64,000 bases of DNA from Alphaproteobacteria bacterium (GCA_033345235.1 JAWPOC010000014.1:137085-201084); one strand, 5' to 3'; counted from the first letter of the stretch, positions 9,572 through 19,558 are shown. Numbers and translations: made by a program. The notes: generated from the sequence alone by a model not told the origin.

Positions 9572-10348
9572 ATGAGCGTAACTGAAAAACTGAATGACGC
9601 TAGAAACACATTGTTGCAAGAATTGTCCGCAATGGAAAATCCAGAAAAGTGGGATACTCATGTAAAAGAAAAGAACAAAGACTTCTCTGGTGTAATTGAT
9701 GTTAAAAAAGCTGAACAAATGGCGGATTATCTGACAGATGTGTTTATCAAGGCGTGTAATAAAAAGGATGTTTTTGGTAAATTTATTGGTTGGAAGGACA
9801 AGGATGTAGAGTATAAAACAAAAATTGCTTCGATGGTTGTTGATAATGTTTTAGATATGATTAGAACAGATATAAAATCAGGCAATGTAACTATATTTAC
9901 AGCCAGCGGTGAAAAATATGCGCCAGTAAACAGGGTAACAGACGAACTTTTTAAACATGATATTGCAACTAATGTTAATATCAAAGTTGTCGGTGCAGAT
10001 AAAAGTTGGACGCATAATAAAGGTTTGATGGGCGTAGATAGTACAGGAAAGTTATTTATAAATTGTGATTTTCCTTTGTATGGTATGCCTGAATGTTTTT
10101 TGACAGATTTACGGCATGAAATGATGCATATTATCGATATGTTTTTTCCGAATATAAGTGCATTGCCACCAGAAATTAATGTTCATGCAAATCGTTATTA
10201 TTATCCGCAAGACAAAGATTTGTATACAAACAATCCGTTAGAATTAAATGCAGAAATGAAACGCTCTGATTATGCAAAAAAAATACAACAAATGTTGGCG
10301 GAACAACAAGCTTGTATATCTAAACAAATAAACACTGTTCGTGAATAA
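9572..10348 (+). CDS. Hypothetical protein with HExxH zinc-metallopeptidase-like motif (LRHEMMHIIDMF)
   Basis: ATG at 9572 (MSVTEKL). HEMMH motif near the C-terminal third. No signal peptide. Confidence 0.45.
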   Translation: MSVTEKLNDARNTLLQELSAMENPEKWDTHVKEKNKDFSGVIDVKKAEQMADYLTDVFIKACNKKDVFGKFIGWKDKDVEYKTKIASMVVDNVLDMIRTDIKSGNVTIFTASGEKYAPVNRVTDELFKHDIATNVNIKVVGADKSWTHNKGLMGVDSTGKLFINCDFPLYGMPECFLTDLRHEMMHIIDMFFPNISALPPEINVHANRYYYPQDKDLYTNNPLELNAEMKRSDYAKKIQQMLAEQQACISKQINTVRE

Positions 10349-10484
10349 ACTCCGCCCATTTGGGCGGATTTTTTTGTTTGTGCATCGCAGTTTTCGGTGT
10401 TTTGGGGAACGTGGGCGCGAATAATGCGTTGCCATGCGCTTTCTGCATCAAGATGTAATACATTATTTATATTGCATTATGTTC

Positions 10485-11390
10485 CTATTCAAACATTTCT
10501 AATGGAATGTCATATTCATTGCAAAAATCATAAAAGAATTCTAAAAAAGCTTGAACTTTTGGACTTTTAATTGTTAATGGATTTCCAATTCCAGTCAAAA
10601 TATATTCATAGTCAAAATCAATGTTTGGAACTTCTACCAATCGTTCATTACGCATAGTGCACCATTCAGGCATCAGTGATATACCGGCGCCATCACATAC
10701 CAATTGGTATGCAATAGATGCAGAATCTGTTGTCAGATTTAATTTCTTTGCGCGTTTAAGAATGAAATTACATTCTGGTAATTGCAAGAATTTTTGTCGG
10801 ACACATAATTCAAAATTTTCCAACATGTCATCCATATCTTTTGGTACACCATGTTTATTCAAGTATTCAGGCGTAGTATAAAATTTTGTTTTGGTCTTAA
10901 ATTTGAATAACGGTTTATTTCCTGGGATTTTTTGCAGCGACCGTATATCAAGTATAGATATGTCCGGATTTGACATATTCATATGGCGATTTGTTAAAAT
11001 ATCTAAACGGATTTTTGGGTGTTTGGCATATAACTTGTATAATTCGGTAAACAAACGACTGCCGGCAAATCCTTCTTCGGTCCAAATAGAAATATGACCA
11101 GTCAGTTCATCGGGGCCTGTGATATTATGAAAGATATTATCAAGTGCGTTTGATATGTTTTCAATATCTGCATATAATTGTCGTGTTGTGTTTGTTGGTA
11201 CGCTTCCAGCTGAGCTGCGTATTAACAAACGTGTTTTAAATCTTGCCTCTAAATCAGAAATTATTTTTGACATATTGGAATGTTTTATTTCATTTCGGTC
11301 TGCTGCAGCTTGGATTTGACCTAAATCAATTACTTCTTTTAGTGCTAACAATTCGCGTAAAAACGTAATTTTTGTTTTAATAGTTGGCAT
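10485..11390 (-). CDS. LysR-family transcriptional regulator
   Basis: N-terminal HTH (..LRELLALKEVIDLGQIQAAADRNEIKHSNMSKIISDLEARF..) and a substrate-binding domain; start at MPTIKTK. Confidence 0.75.
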   Translation of the reverse strand: MPTIKTKITFLRELLALKEVIDLGQIQAAADRNEIKHSNMSKIISDLEARFKTRLLIRSSAGSVPTNTTRQLYADIENISNALDNIFHNITGPDELTGHISIWTEEGFAGSRLFTELYKLYAKHPKIRLDILTNRHMNMSNPDISILDIRSLQKIPGNKPLFKFKTKTKFYTTPEYLNKHGVPKDMDDMLENFELCVRQKFLQLPECNFILKRAKKLNLTTDSASIAYQLVCDGAGISLMPEWCTMRNERLVEVPNIDFDYEYILTGIGNPLTIKSPKVQAFLEFFYDFCNEYDIPLEMFE

Positions 11391-11644
11391 TATTTTCCTT
11401 TTGTAATGACGTCTTTTTACCATACAACAGGAAAAAAATCTAAACAACAGTTATTTTTTTAGGAAAAAAATATGTGCAAAAAGAATACGTGTATGTACAA
11501 AAGTGTTGAAAAATATATGCTTTCAGCGTTTCCAGTCCCCTTTTTATACATTGCTTGGCGTAAAAAGAGTATAAAACAAAACATAAAAACCTAGTCTATA
11601 ATTCCTTCGTGTCCAACAACAAAGAAATAACAAGGAGTTTTAAA

Positions 11645-11899
11645 ATGACACACGCAGATGTTTGGTTCGCTATTGATTCATTCGCTAAAGATCACAAAGT
11701 ATCCTGTTCAGGACTTGCGAAACGCAGCGGATTAGACGCAACAACGTTTAATAAAAGTAAACGTTGGTCCAAATACGGGCAACCACGTTGGCCTTCTACA
11801 AACAGTATTGCAAAGATATTGGAAAGCACAGGGGCCAGTTTATATGACTTTACAAAATATTTTTCGACAGATTCTTCTCCGGCACAACAAGCTATATAA
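11645..11899 (+). CDS. Cro/CI-type HTH protein (phage-repressor-like N-terminal domain only)
   Basis: ..SGLAKRSGLDATTFNKSKR..RWPSTNSIAKILESTGASLYDF.. resembles repressor DNA-binding domains. SD caaggag precedes the ATG. Confidence 0.45.
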   Translation: MTHADVWFAIDSFAKDHKVSCSGLAKRSGLDATTFNKSKRWSKYGQPRWPSTNSIAKILESTGASLYDFTKYFSTDSSPAQQAI

Positions 11900-11947
11900 A
11901 AGTACTGATAAAAAAACGCACCGCCCGTCATGGGCGGTTTATTTATG

Positions 11948-11980
11948 GCCTGCATCACACTTAGCCTCACATAGCATTTT
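11948..11980. repeat. 33-bp perfect direct repeat, copy 2
   Basis: Identical to 9484-9516. Confidence 0.8.
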
Positions 11981-12049
11981 AACAAGTATTATTCAGCTTG
12001 TACATGTTTATATTAGATTATTTGTGACAAATATGATAAAATTCCGATT

Positions 12050-13261
12050 ATGAAAAAAAGCAATAAATCTCTATCGGTAAAACGTGGTCTGCGCTTGTTG
12101 CGTCTCGGGTGGTTCTTTCACAACTTTATGCCGATACTACCTGTCATTGTTTTGGTTTATACGGGGCGTGGTATCTCGGTTGGCGATTTCTTTTTAATTC
12201 AAGGCATTTTTAGATTGGCTGCATTTTTGTTTGAAATCCCATCGGGATATATGTCGGATCGTTTTAGTCGCCGTCGCGTAATGCTTTTTGGTGCCCTATG
12301 TTCAATTGTTGGTTTTGCGACTATTGCTGCAGCTTATGGGTTCTGGGCAATTGTCGCAGGCGAGGCTTTATTAGGTATCAGCAGCGCGTTGTTCTCTGGC
12401 ACGATGGAGGCGTACACGTACGACCTGATGAAGCGCAACAGAAGCCAAAAGCAGTTCTTGAAAGAATTCGGCGAAATTATGACTTGGGCTAGTATTGCAG
12501 AGTTTGTTGCATCTATTTTGGGCGGTGTCTTATTTGTTGTGCTGGGGGCATCCGGATTACTATGGTTGCAGGTATTGTTTGCTATAATGAGTGTTTTTGC
12601 GTTCGTGTTCCTGCCAGAACTGTTAGAAGTTAAGCGTATTGTCAAAAACAAGACAGCGGTTGCTGATGCTATTGGCGTTACATACAAGACACTGCAAAAT
12701 TATAAGTTGCGGAATTTGATTTTGTTCCCATCTGTGTTTGGTGCATTTACGATTGTGCTTTTATGGATTATGCAGCCAATTATGGAAACAGCGCATGTTC
12801 CTGTGGCTTTGTTCGGACTGTATTTTGCCATCAATCAATTTTCGGGCATATTCTTTTCCAAGTACGCATACAAGATATGTGAAAAACTGGGCGAAATACG
12901 CACATCTGTAATAACAATCTTTGCAGTTATTATTGCAGCAACAATGGGTTTGATTGCGATACATGTATCAAATATGATTGTGGTTTATGTTGCGTGTGCG
13001 ATTATGGCAACAGTGCCATCGATTGTGCGACTGAATAATTTGCAGTATAATACGCTGATACATCATAGTATTCGTTCAATAGAACGTGGGACTGTATTAT
13101 CCACGCGTGCCATGGTTAGTACATTGTGTGGTGCTCTGATGCTGATAATTGCAAAGTTCTTGTTGGATGGTTATGGAATTGCCACAACATTGGTATTCTT
13201 GTTGGTTATGTCTGGATTGCTGTTCTGGATTTTGAACAAGGTGCGAAAAGTTATCAAATAA
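12050..13261 (+). CDS. MFS transporter
   Basis: ~12 predicted TM helices with an MFS-like loop between TM2 and TM3 (..GYMSDRFSRRRVM..). Confidence 0.75.
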   Translation: MKKSNKSLSVKRGLRLLRLGWFFHNFMPILPVIVLVYTGRGISVGDFFLIQGIFRLAAFLFEIPSGYMSDRFSRRRVMLFGALCSIVGFATIAAAYGFWAIVAGEALLGISSALFSGTMEAYTYDLMKRNRSQKQFLKEFGEIMTWASIAEFVASILGGVLFVVLGASGLLWLQVLFAIMSVFAFVFLPELLEVKRIVKNKTAVADAIGVTYKTLQNYKLRNLILFPSVFGAFTIVLLWIMQPIMETAHVPVALFGLYFAINQFSGIFFSKYAYKICEKLGEIRTSVITIFAVIIAATMGLIAIHVSNMIVVYVACAIMATVPSIVRLNNLQYNTLIHHSIRSIERGTVLSTRAMVSTLCGALMLIIAKFLLDGYGIATTLVFLLVMSGLLFWILNKVRKVIK

Positions 13262-13410
13262 ACACCGCCCAATCGGGCGGTTTGTTTTATCGTCGCATCA
13301 CAGTTTGCATCACAGTTTTTGGTGTTTTGCGGTCGTGGGGCAGAAATGGGTTGGAATTGCAGCCATTGGTTAGAATAAAAACAGTCCGCCCCGCACAGGC
13401 GGTACACTCA

Positions 13411-13442
13411 ACACAAAATTCAAAAAAGCAGGGAAACCCAAA
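13411..13442. repeat. ~32-bp dispersed repeat, copy 2
   Basis: Matches 9419-9452. Confidence 0.6.
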
Positions 13443-13474
13443 CAAAAAACGCACCAAATGGTGCGTTTTAAAAC

Positions 13475-13550
13475 TGGTGCCGGTTGTCGGACTTGAACCA
13501 ACGACCTACTGATTACAAATCAGCCGCTCTACCAGCTGAGCTAAACCGGC
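13475..13550 (-). tRNA. tRNA-Thr (anticodon UGU)
   Basis: Reverse complement gccggtttagctcagctggtagagcggctgatttgtaatcagtaggtcgttggttcaagtccgacaaccggcacca folds as a cloverleaf with anticodon loop tTTGTAa. Terminator hairpin at 13447-13470. Confidence 0.85.
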
Positions 13551-13638
13551 GTTGCCACCCAATTATACATATATCAAAACCGAACGCAAGTAAAAAATCA
13601 TAAAATGTTTACAATCGGCATATTTATTAGTGTTGGTT

Positions 13639-13666
13639 TTGACTTTTGGTTTTTTTATGGTATAAT
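13639..13666 (+). promoter_or_regulatory. Sigma70-like promoter (TTGACT-16-TATAAT) for the gene at 13695
   Basis: ttgact at 13639-13644 and tataat at 13661-13666. Confidence 0.45.
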
Positions 13667-13694
13667 ATTATAGCAAAAACAAAAGGATGTTAAT

Positions 13695-14192
13695 ATGGTG
13701 TTTCTTTTAGAAAAACATCGTCGTCAGCTGTGTCGTCAAGAAAATGAAATATTTAATATATTGGCTGCAAAAATTAAAAAATCAAAAAAAATGATAATTC
13801 CTTTTGGGTCTGGTGGTGACAAAGAAATTTATATTCTGGATGATATAACTATTCATTTTGATTTACGGAATAATGCATTGAAGGTTAAGAAAAATAATTC
13901 AAATTCGGACTCGAACATTTTGGATATACATTGTGCATATATAAGTGGTTTTACGGATGAAAATAGATTAAGACGCGCACGACATGATATGTTTATGGGG
14001 TTGTTAAAAATAGCGCGCCAGACATATGAAAAAAAATTGGAAAAGGCACAACAATTTAGTATGGCAACTGAAATTTTAAGAAAGTTATTTCCTGATACTT
14101 TAGGAAGAAGTTATGTAAGTCCTGGAAGTCCTGTAACAGAATCGAGATTGGCTGAAGCTGCAAAGGCTATCAAGCAGTTAAGATCGTTGTAA
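13695..14192 (+). CDS. Hypothetical protein
   Basis: 165 aa with no recognisable motifs. A strong promoter lies upstream. Confidence 0.45.
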   Translation: MVFLLEKHRRQLCRQENEIFNILAAKIKKSKKMIIPFGSGGDKEIYILDDITIHFDLRNNALKVKKNNSNSDSNILDIHCAYISGFTDENRLRRARHDMFMGLLKIARQTYEKKLEKAQQFSMATEILRKLFPDTLGRSYVSPGSPVTESRLAEAAKAIKQLRSL

Positions 14193-14259
14193 AAAAAAGC
14201 GGGCGTAACGTCCGTTTTTTGGTGTTGCAAACGTAAAAATCGTTGTTAAAATAATCGTC

Positions 14260-15510
14260 ATGACAAAAAAATTACCGGAACTTTTGGCGCCAGCAGGTAC
14301 ACTGGACGCATTCAAGACCGCCATTTTATATGGCGCAGATGCTATTTATGCAGGATTGCCGGGGTTTTCTATGCGGGCGCGTGCGAAAATCACAACCGAT
14401 GAAGTAAAGCAGGGTATAGAACTGGCGCACGCAGCCGGTAAAAAAGTGTATTTGGCTTTTAACTTGTTTGCGCATGATTCTGAATATGCAAATTTGTCCC
14501 GTGTGGCAGAGGTTATTAAATATCTGTCGCCAGATGCATTGATTGTATCTGATGCAGGAATTATGATGTGGGTGCGTGAGAATTTTCCACAAATGCCAAT
14601 TCATATTTCAACACAGGCAAATATTTGTTCGGCGCGTACTGTAAAGTTCTGGCAAAATGCAGGTGCAAAATTATGTGTTTTGGCACGTGAAGTTTCGCAC
14701 AATGAATTTAAAAACATCAGACAAGAATGTCCGGACATCGGATTGGAAATATTTGTGCATGGTGCAATGTGTATGTCTTATTCTGGGCGGTGTTTGTTAT
14801 CTAATTTTGTAACGGGTCGTCCGGCCAATCGTGGCGCGTGCGCGCAACTGTGTCGATGGAAGTATGATGTGATTTTGCGCGAACGTGAAAGTGGCCTTGA
14901 AATGCCAATTGATGAAGACGAACGTGGTGCATATATTATGAATTCACGTGATTTGTGCTTAATGCCACGATTGGGTGAAGTTATATCCGCAGGCCCAGAC
15001 AGTCTGAAAATAGAAGGTCGCAATCGTTCTGAATATTATGTTGGGTCTGTTGTTCACGCATATCGTTGTGCAATGGATGCATATGCGCGCGATCCAGAAA
15101 GCTTTAATCCAGACGAGTTTATGGCGGAATTAAATAAATTAGAAACGCGTGGTTATACAACGGCATTCTTTGATGGACCTGTGACCAGCGACGCGCATAA
15201 TTATGAAACAACACGCAGTACATCTGATTTTCAAGCGGCGGGTGTTATAACTGCGGCGGATGAAAATAATATTACATTTGAATTGCGTAATGAAACACGC
15301 ATTGGTGATGAGATAACATTTATTTTGCCAAACACAATGGACGTTGTTTCGGTTAAACTTGATAAATTAGTAAATGCCAAAAACGGTGAAGTGGTGGAAA
15401 AAATGGCTGCTGGCATGGGGAACAGTATTTTAATCCCACGCAGTGTATTGGGAACCGCGCATGCTGATAAATTCGTTCCATATGTTTTGGCATACAAACA
15501 TAAGAGATAA
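14260..15510 (+). CDS. Peptidase U32-family protein
   Basis: N-terminal ..ELLAPAGTLDAFKTAILYGADAIYAGL.. and the conserved Cys-rich core (CMSYSGRCLLSN) typical of U32. Confidence 0.8.
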   Translation: MTKKLPELLAPAGTLDAFKTAILYGADAIYAGLPGFSMRARAKITTDEVKQGIELAHAAGKKVYLAFNLFAHDSEYANLSRVAEVIKYLSPDALIVSDAGIMMWVRENFPQMPIHISTQANICSARTVKFWQNAGAKLCVLAREVSHNEFKNIRQECPDIGLEIFVHGAMCMSYSGRCLLSNFVTGRPANRGACAQLCRWKYDVILRERESGLEMPIDEDERGAYIMNSRDLCLMPRLGEVISAGPDSLKIEGRNRSEYYVGSVVHAYRCAMDAYARDPESFNPDEFMAELNKLETRGYTTAFFDGPVTSDAHNYETTRSTSDFQAAGVITAADENNITFELRNETRIGDEITFILPNTMDVVSVKLDKLVNAKNGEVVEKMAAGMGNSILIPRSVLGTAHADKFVPYVLAYKHKR

Positions 15511-15515
15511 TAAAA

Positions 15516-16076
15516 ATGAACATAGATGAAAATATACCACAAAATCGTGGTGGTGGTGTTCGCCCAATCAGGCCGATTCTTGATAGAAAAAAGATAGAAG
15601 AATTATTGGGTGAAAAATTTGAAAACTTTGTTATGTATTATATGGATACAAACAAATTGAATCGCAAGGTTTATAATGATAGTCCTGTTGTGGGACATAA
15701 ACAGATTCAAGAAACAATATCACAGATAACACAGGATTATGCAAACAGTTCTGAATTGAATAATCGTGAATTGGTGGCTGTGTTTGCCAAGACTGTTGAT
15801 TGTAATTATTCAAGTTGGTTTACAAATCATATTTTCTTTCGTGTGCCGCCATATGATATGAATGGTAAATGTATTGCCGGCAATGTGATTTTATTTAATA
15901 AACAGACCGGCAAGTATGAAACTGTGCCGCGTGGTTGGTTTTATGCAGCTGGAAAAGCGTGTCGCGGTTCTGCGTCCGAAGAATCTGTATTGTCTGTAAT
16001 GAAAACTTTAAAAGAATACCGCACAGAATTGTTAGGTAAGCAATTTGCACAACAGCGAATGCAGGCCGCAAAATAA
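15516..16076 (+). CDS. Hypothetical protein, paralog A of a tandem pair
   Basis: Shares ..KTV..Y...P.YDM.G..IAGNVI.. with the next gene. Confidence 0.5.
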   Translation: MNIDENIPQNRGGGVRPIRPILDRKKIEELLGEKFENFVMYYMDTNKLNRKVYNDSPVVGHKQIQETISQITQDYANSSELNNRELVAVFAKTVDCNYSSWFTNHIFFRVPPYDMNGKCIAGNVILFNKQTGKYETVPRGWFYAAGKACRGSASEESVLSVMKTLKEYRTELLGKQFAQQRMQAAK

Positions 16077-16088
16077 AAGGGTAAAAAA

Positions 16089-16619
16089 ATGAAATTTTTT
16101 GATTTATTTAAAACTGGTAATAAAACTGTGCTGTCAAATGCAGCGGCTGATGGTTCGCGACCTGAATTGACTGTTCACATGGCAGAAAAAATATTGGGCG
16201 AAAAAGTACAGAATATGGCGATGTATAATTTAAAGACATTAAAGCCTTTGAAAGATATTTATAATAATCAAAAAATAATTTATGGTGGTCAGGTTAGTTA
16301 TTGTGCAGAAATGTTGATGGATGCATACAAGCAAAGGCTAAATTTAAATCATAAAAAGCCAATGTGGGTTGTTGCAAAAACGGTATCCGCTTTTGATGAT
16401 CGTGCGTATGATTTATTAAAACCTGTACCAGAATATGATATGTATGGTCGTTTAGTTATTGGTAATGTAATTGTTTATGATTTTGCTGAACGAAAATATA
16501 CAACTTTGTATCAGAATGGTTCGTGGATTCGTGTTCATAAATTCTCTAGTTGTTTTGAAGCCAGTAAAGAAGCAATATCGAAAACGATTGAGCATTTATG
16601 TAATTATTATATCAGATAA
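16089..16619 (+). CDS. Hypothetical protein, paralog B of a tandem pair
   Basis: WVVAKTVSAFDDRAYDLLKPVPEYDMYGRLVIGNVIVYD parallels paralog A. Terminator at 16620-16648. Confidence 0.5.
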   Translation: MKFFDLFKTGNKTVLSNAAADGSRPELTVHMAEKILGEKVQNMAMYNLKTLKPLKDIYNNQKIIYGGQVSYCAEMLMDAYKQRLNLNHKKPMWVVAKTVSAFDDRAYDLLKPVPEYDMYGRLVIGNVIVYDFAERKYTTLYQNGSWIRVHKFSSCFEASKEAISKTIEHLCNYYIR

Positions 16620-16643
16620 AAAGCCCCCCGATTGGGGGGATTT

Positions 16644-17183
16644 TTATTCGTCGCGCACTCTTTCGTATTCATATTCTCGCGAGTTAATTTGTTTAGTGTT
16701 TTCTGGGGTACAAAGTACTTGTGTTTTTTGAGATGGTTTATTAACAGGCGATTCATCAGATTCAAATGCCATTACTTTTTGACGCAAAATTTCGATGCTG
16801 TTTTGTATCTTTGTATTTGCGTCATTCATCCATGCTTCGCGTTGTTCTGCATTGCATCTGATGACTTCGTTTGCGTTGCGTGATTCGATGATTTTGATAT
16901 GCCAACGTTGCCGATGTCGAAATGTTTCTGCCTGCATATATTTTGTGGCCGGATTGTTTTGTGGTATGGCAAATATCATATCACGCAATGTGTCCAGTGC
17001 TTTTGTCCATGCGCTGCTTAAAATGCCTCCTTGAATCCAGTTCTTTAAAGACAGTCCGGAAAACAAAAATTCAATAGCATTATCGATTTGTGCTTTGTCT
17101 TGAAAGGTTAATTGGTTTTGCATAAACGTATCAACGGATTGGCCGTTTATCATTGCCATAGTTTTTTCAAAATCCATATTCAT
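16644..17183 (-). CDS. Hypothetical protein (downstream gene of a 2-gene minus-strand operon)
   Basis: 179 aa. Start lies 13 nt after the stop of the upstream gene. Confidence 0.45.
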   Translation of the reverse strand: MNMDFEKTMAMINGQSVDTFMQNQLTFQDKAQIDNAIEFLFSGLSLKNWIQGGILSSAWTKALDTLRDMIFAIPQNNPATKYMQAETFRHRQRWHIKIIESRNANEVIRCNAEQREAWMNDANTKIQNSIEILRQKVMAFESDESPVNKPSQKTQVLCTPENTKQINSREYEYERVRDE

Positions 17184-17198
17184 CTTTATGCTTTTTTA

Positions 17199-18161
17199 TT
17201 AAGCAGTGCGTTGATTAAACTGTTTGAACAAGAACAACTTAAATTGTTGCTGATTTATTTTTGTATTCAGCGGGACAATTTGTTGCTTTGTGTCGGCAGA
17301 TCTCTGTTGCAAGGGTTGCAACTTTTGCGCGGGCGCATTAATAGTTTTTTGTGCTGTTTGTTCTGGTTTTGGAATTATATGTTCTGTGCGCGATAATTTT
17401 GTTGTCTGTGGTGCGACGGTCGCCACAGGTATGGCCCTTGGCGTTTGTTTTTTGTCGATTGTTTTTACAGACGCAGCCGCAGGCATAACTGCAGGCTTTT
17501 CTTGTGCAGTGATATGTTGTTTTTGTGACAGGACAATTGTCGGTTGTTGTGCGACCTGTGTGTTTGGTTGGCTAACTTTTTCTGCAGACGCCTTTGTCTT
17601 TATAGGTGAAATCGCAGGTGTCGACATTGGTAATGCCTTTGCTGGTGCTTTGTTTTGTTGCGCCGTCTGAACAGTTTTATTTGTTTGTGCGGTTGTGTGT
17701 TCGATGATTTGTTCTTTGATTTTTTCGTTATATTGCGCGATGATTTTCATCAGTTCATTTGTTGCTGTGTTAATCATACGCATACCATTATCGTGCATTG
17801 CGGTTGTTTCTTTATTATCTTTTTGCGATTCTGTATCGCGTTCTGGATGTGTCATAATAATTTTAGACCAATGTTTTTTATATGCGCTGTGTACAGATTC
17901 TAGATATTGTATTGCGGGGTTGTTTGGTGAATGAATTTTTTTTGCAATTATTATTATCGCAAAAGATAACCCCAGTGCGTTATGCCAACTGCGTCCCCAA
18001 GAATGCTTTTTTGCGCGCTTGGTCATTGCAAAGCCTGTGAACAATTTTCGATATTGTTCAACCAGTGTTTCGCGAACGGATTTAGGTAGTTTTTTGATGA
18101 TTTCGGAACGAATCTTGATAACAATATTTTGTTGTTCGTTTGTCTTGGTTTGTGTTGTCAT
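17199..18161 (-). CDS. Hypothetical protein with Q/T/P/A-rich low-complexity C-terminal half
   Basis: 320 aa. Structured N-terminal ~160 aa followed by a ..TAQTNKTVQTAQQNKAPAKALP.. low-complexity region. Confidence 0.45.
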   Translation of the reverse strand: MTTQTKTNEQQNIVIKIRSEIIKKLPKSVRETLVEQYRKLFTGFAMTKRAKKHSWGRSWHNALGLSFAIIIIAKKIHSPNNPAIQYLESVHSAYKKHWSKIIMTHPERDTESQKDNKETTAMHDNGMRMINTATNELMKIIAQYNEKIKEQIIEHTTAQTNKTVQTAQQNKAPAKALPMSTPAISPIKTKASAEKVSQPNTQVAQQPTIVLSQKQHITAQEKPAVMPAAASVKTIDKKQTPRAIPVATVAPQTTKLSRTEHIIPKPEQTAQKTINAPAQKLQPLQQRSADTKQQIVPLNTKINQQQFKLFLFKQFNQRTA

Positions 18162-18413
18162 ATCGAACTCCTTTGGTTAACGTCGAAGTTCTGTAAGTTG
18201 TCCCTTACAGCAAATATATATAGTGTGACTTTTGAATGTGTCAACCCCTGTCAAGAAAAAAGATTTTTTGACAAGATATATTCATTTATGTAAATATGAT
18301 ATTGTTCATATCAGAGAAACATACTGTTGCCAAGAATGGGCGGTGTGGATATGAACCATAATCTTGCCAATAATGGGGGTTATGATAATTCATCGAAACC
18401 AAGGAGTTAAAAG

Positions 18414-19415
18414 ATGAAAAAAACTTTAAAAGCAGCAGTTGCGTTGTCAGTTTTAACTGCGCCAGCATATGCTGCGAATTTGGAAAATCCACTGTATATG
18501 CCAAAGCAGGGTGCGGTTTATTCCAAAACATCTGTTGGGGTTATGTATAAAAAAGCAGACCACACAGAGGCACAACGTCAAAAACAACATGCAGGCGCCA
18601 CAGAATTTCCAATCTGGCGCGCACACGAAGAATTAGGCTATGGTATTTTAGATAATTTGGAACTGTATGGTAAATTCGGATACACACACGACGGCGATAT
18701 TGACCGCAAGGGTATGCATCTGGGCCGCGCAGGATTAAAATATCGTGCATTAACAACAGAAGGCGGATTCGTATGGGATATGTTTGCTGATATGCACTTT
18801 GGTGGTGTCAGCGCGATGTCCGGTTCATATGCCGCGGACGGCTTTACATATGATAATTATTCCAACGGTCGTTGGGGATTCCATTTGGGAACACAATTCG
18901 GTCAAACATGGGATAAATTAAGCGTTGCTGCATTCGCAGAATTACTGCACACATTCGGCAATGATAACAATGAAATCAAAGTAGATATTCCTGGGGCTGC
19001 AATTATCGGTATCCCAAGTGAAATCTCTGTTGATTTGAAATCGACAACTGAATTCAATGCCGGGTTCAAGGCGTTCTATGAAATCAATGACACATGGTCA
19101 ATTGGTGGTGGTTTTACATGGAAACGTCACGAAGACAACGGCGTAGAAGGTCTGGCAACAGATTTGAATGCACCGGCAAATCCTGTTTTGTTGCCTAAAC
19201 AGCAGGATACGATTGCAAAACTGTTGCAACAAACGGCCGATATGAACGATGGCTTTGATGAATACATTGTTTCATTGTCTGTTGCAAATCAAATCACAGA
19301 TATGATGCAGGTTGCTGTATATGGTGAATATACATTTGATACTGCACATCGTGGTTCACAAAACGGCACAGACGTCAAGGCTGAATTGGGTGTTCGTTTG
19401 AACGTTGAATTCTAA
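18414..19415 (+). CDS. Outer-membrane beta-barrel protein
   Basis: Signal peptide (..LTAPAYA|AN), alternating amphipathic strands, C-terminal ..LNVEF. SD ccaaggag upstream. Confidence 0.6.
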   Translation: MKKTLKAAVALSVLTAPAYAANLENPLYMPKQGAVYSKTSVGVMYKKADHTEAQRQKQHAGATEFPIWRAHEELGYGILDNLELYGKFGYTHDGDIDRKGMHLGRAGLKYRALTTEGGFVWDMFADMHFGGVSAMSGSYAADGFTYDNYSNGRWGFHLGTQFGQTWDKLSVAAFAELLHTFGNDNNEIKVDIPGAAIIGIPSEISVDLKSTTEFNAGFKAFYEINDTWSIGGGFTWKRHEDNGVEGLATDLNAPANPVLLPKQQDTIAKLLQQTADMNDGFDEYIVSLSVANQITDMMQVAVYGEYTFDTAHRGSQNGTDVKAELGVRLNVEF

Positions 19416-19558
19416 AGCAAACGTTTGAAATAAAAAATAACTTATATTGGACAAAATCCCGCAATTTTGCGGGATTTTCTTGTTGCATTTTGTTGTGCTG
19501 TTTTTGTAACATAAATCACAGGGCAGAGAATGTTAAATACAACAGGAAAGGTTTTGTT

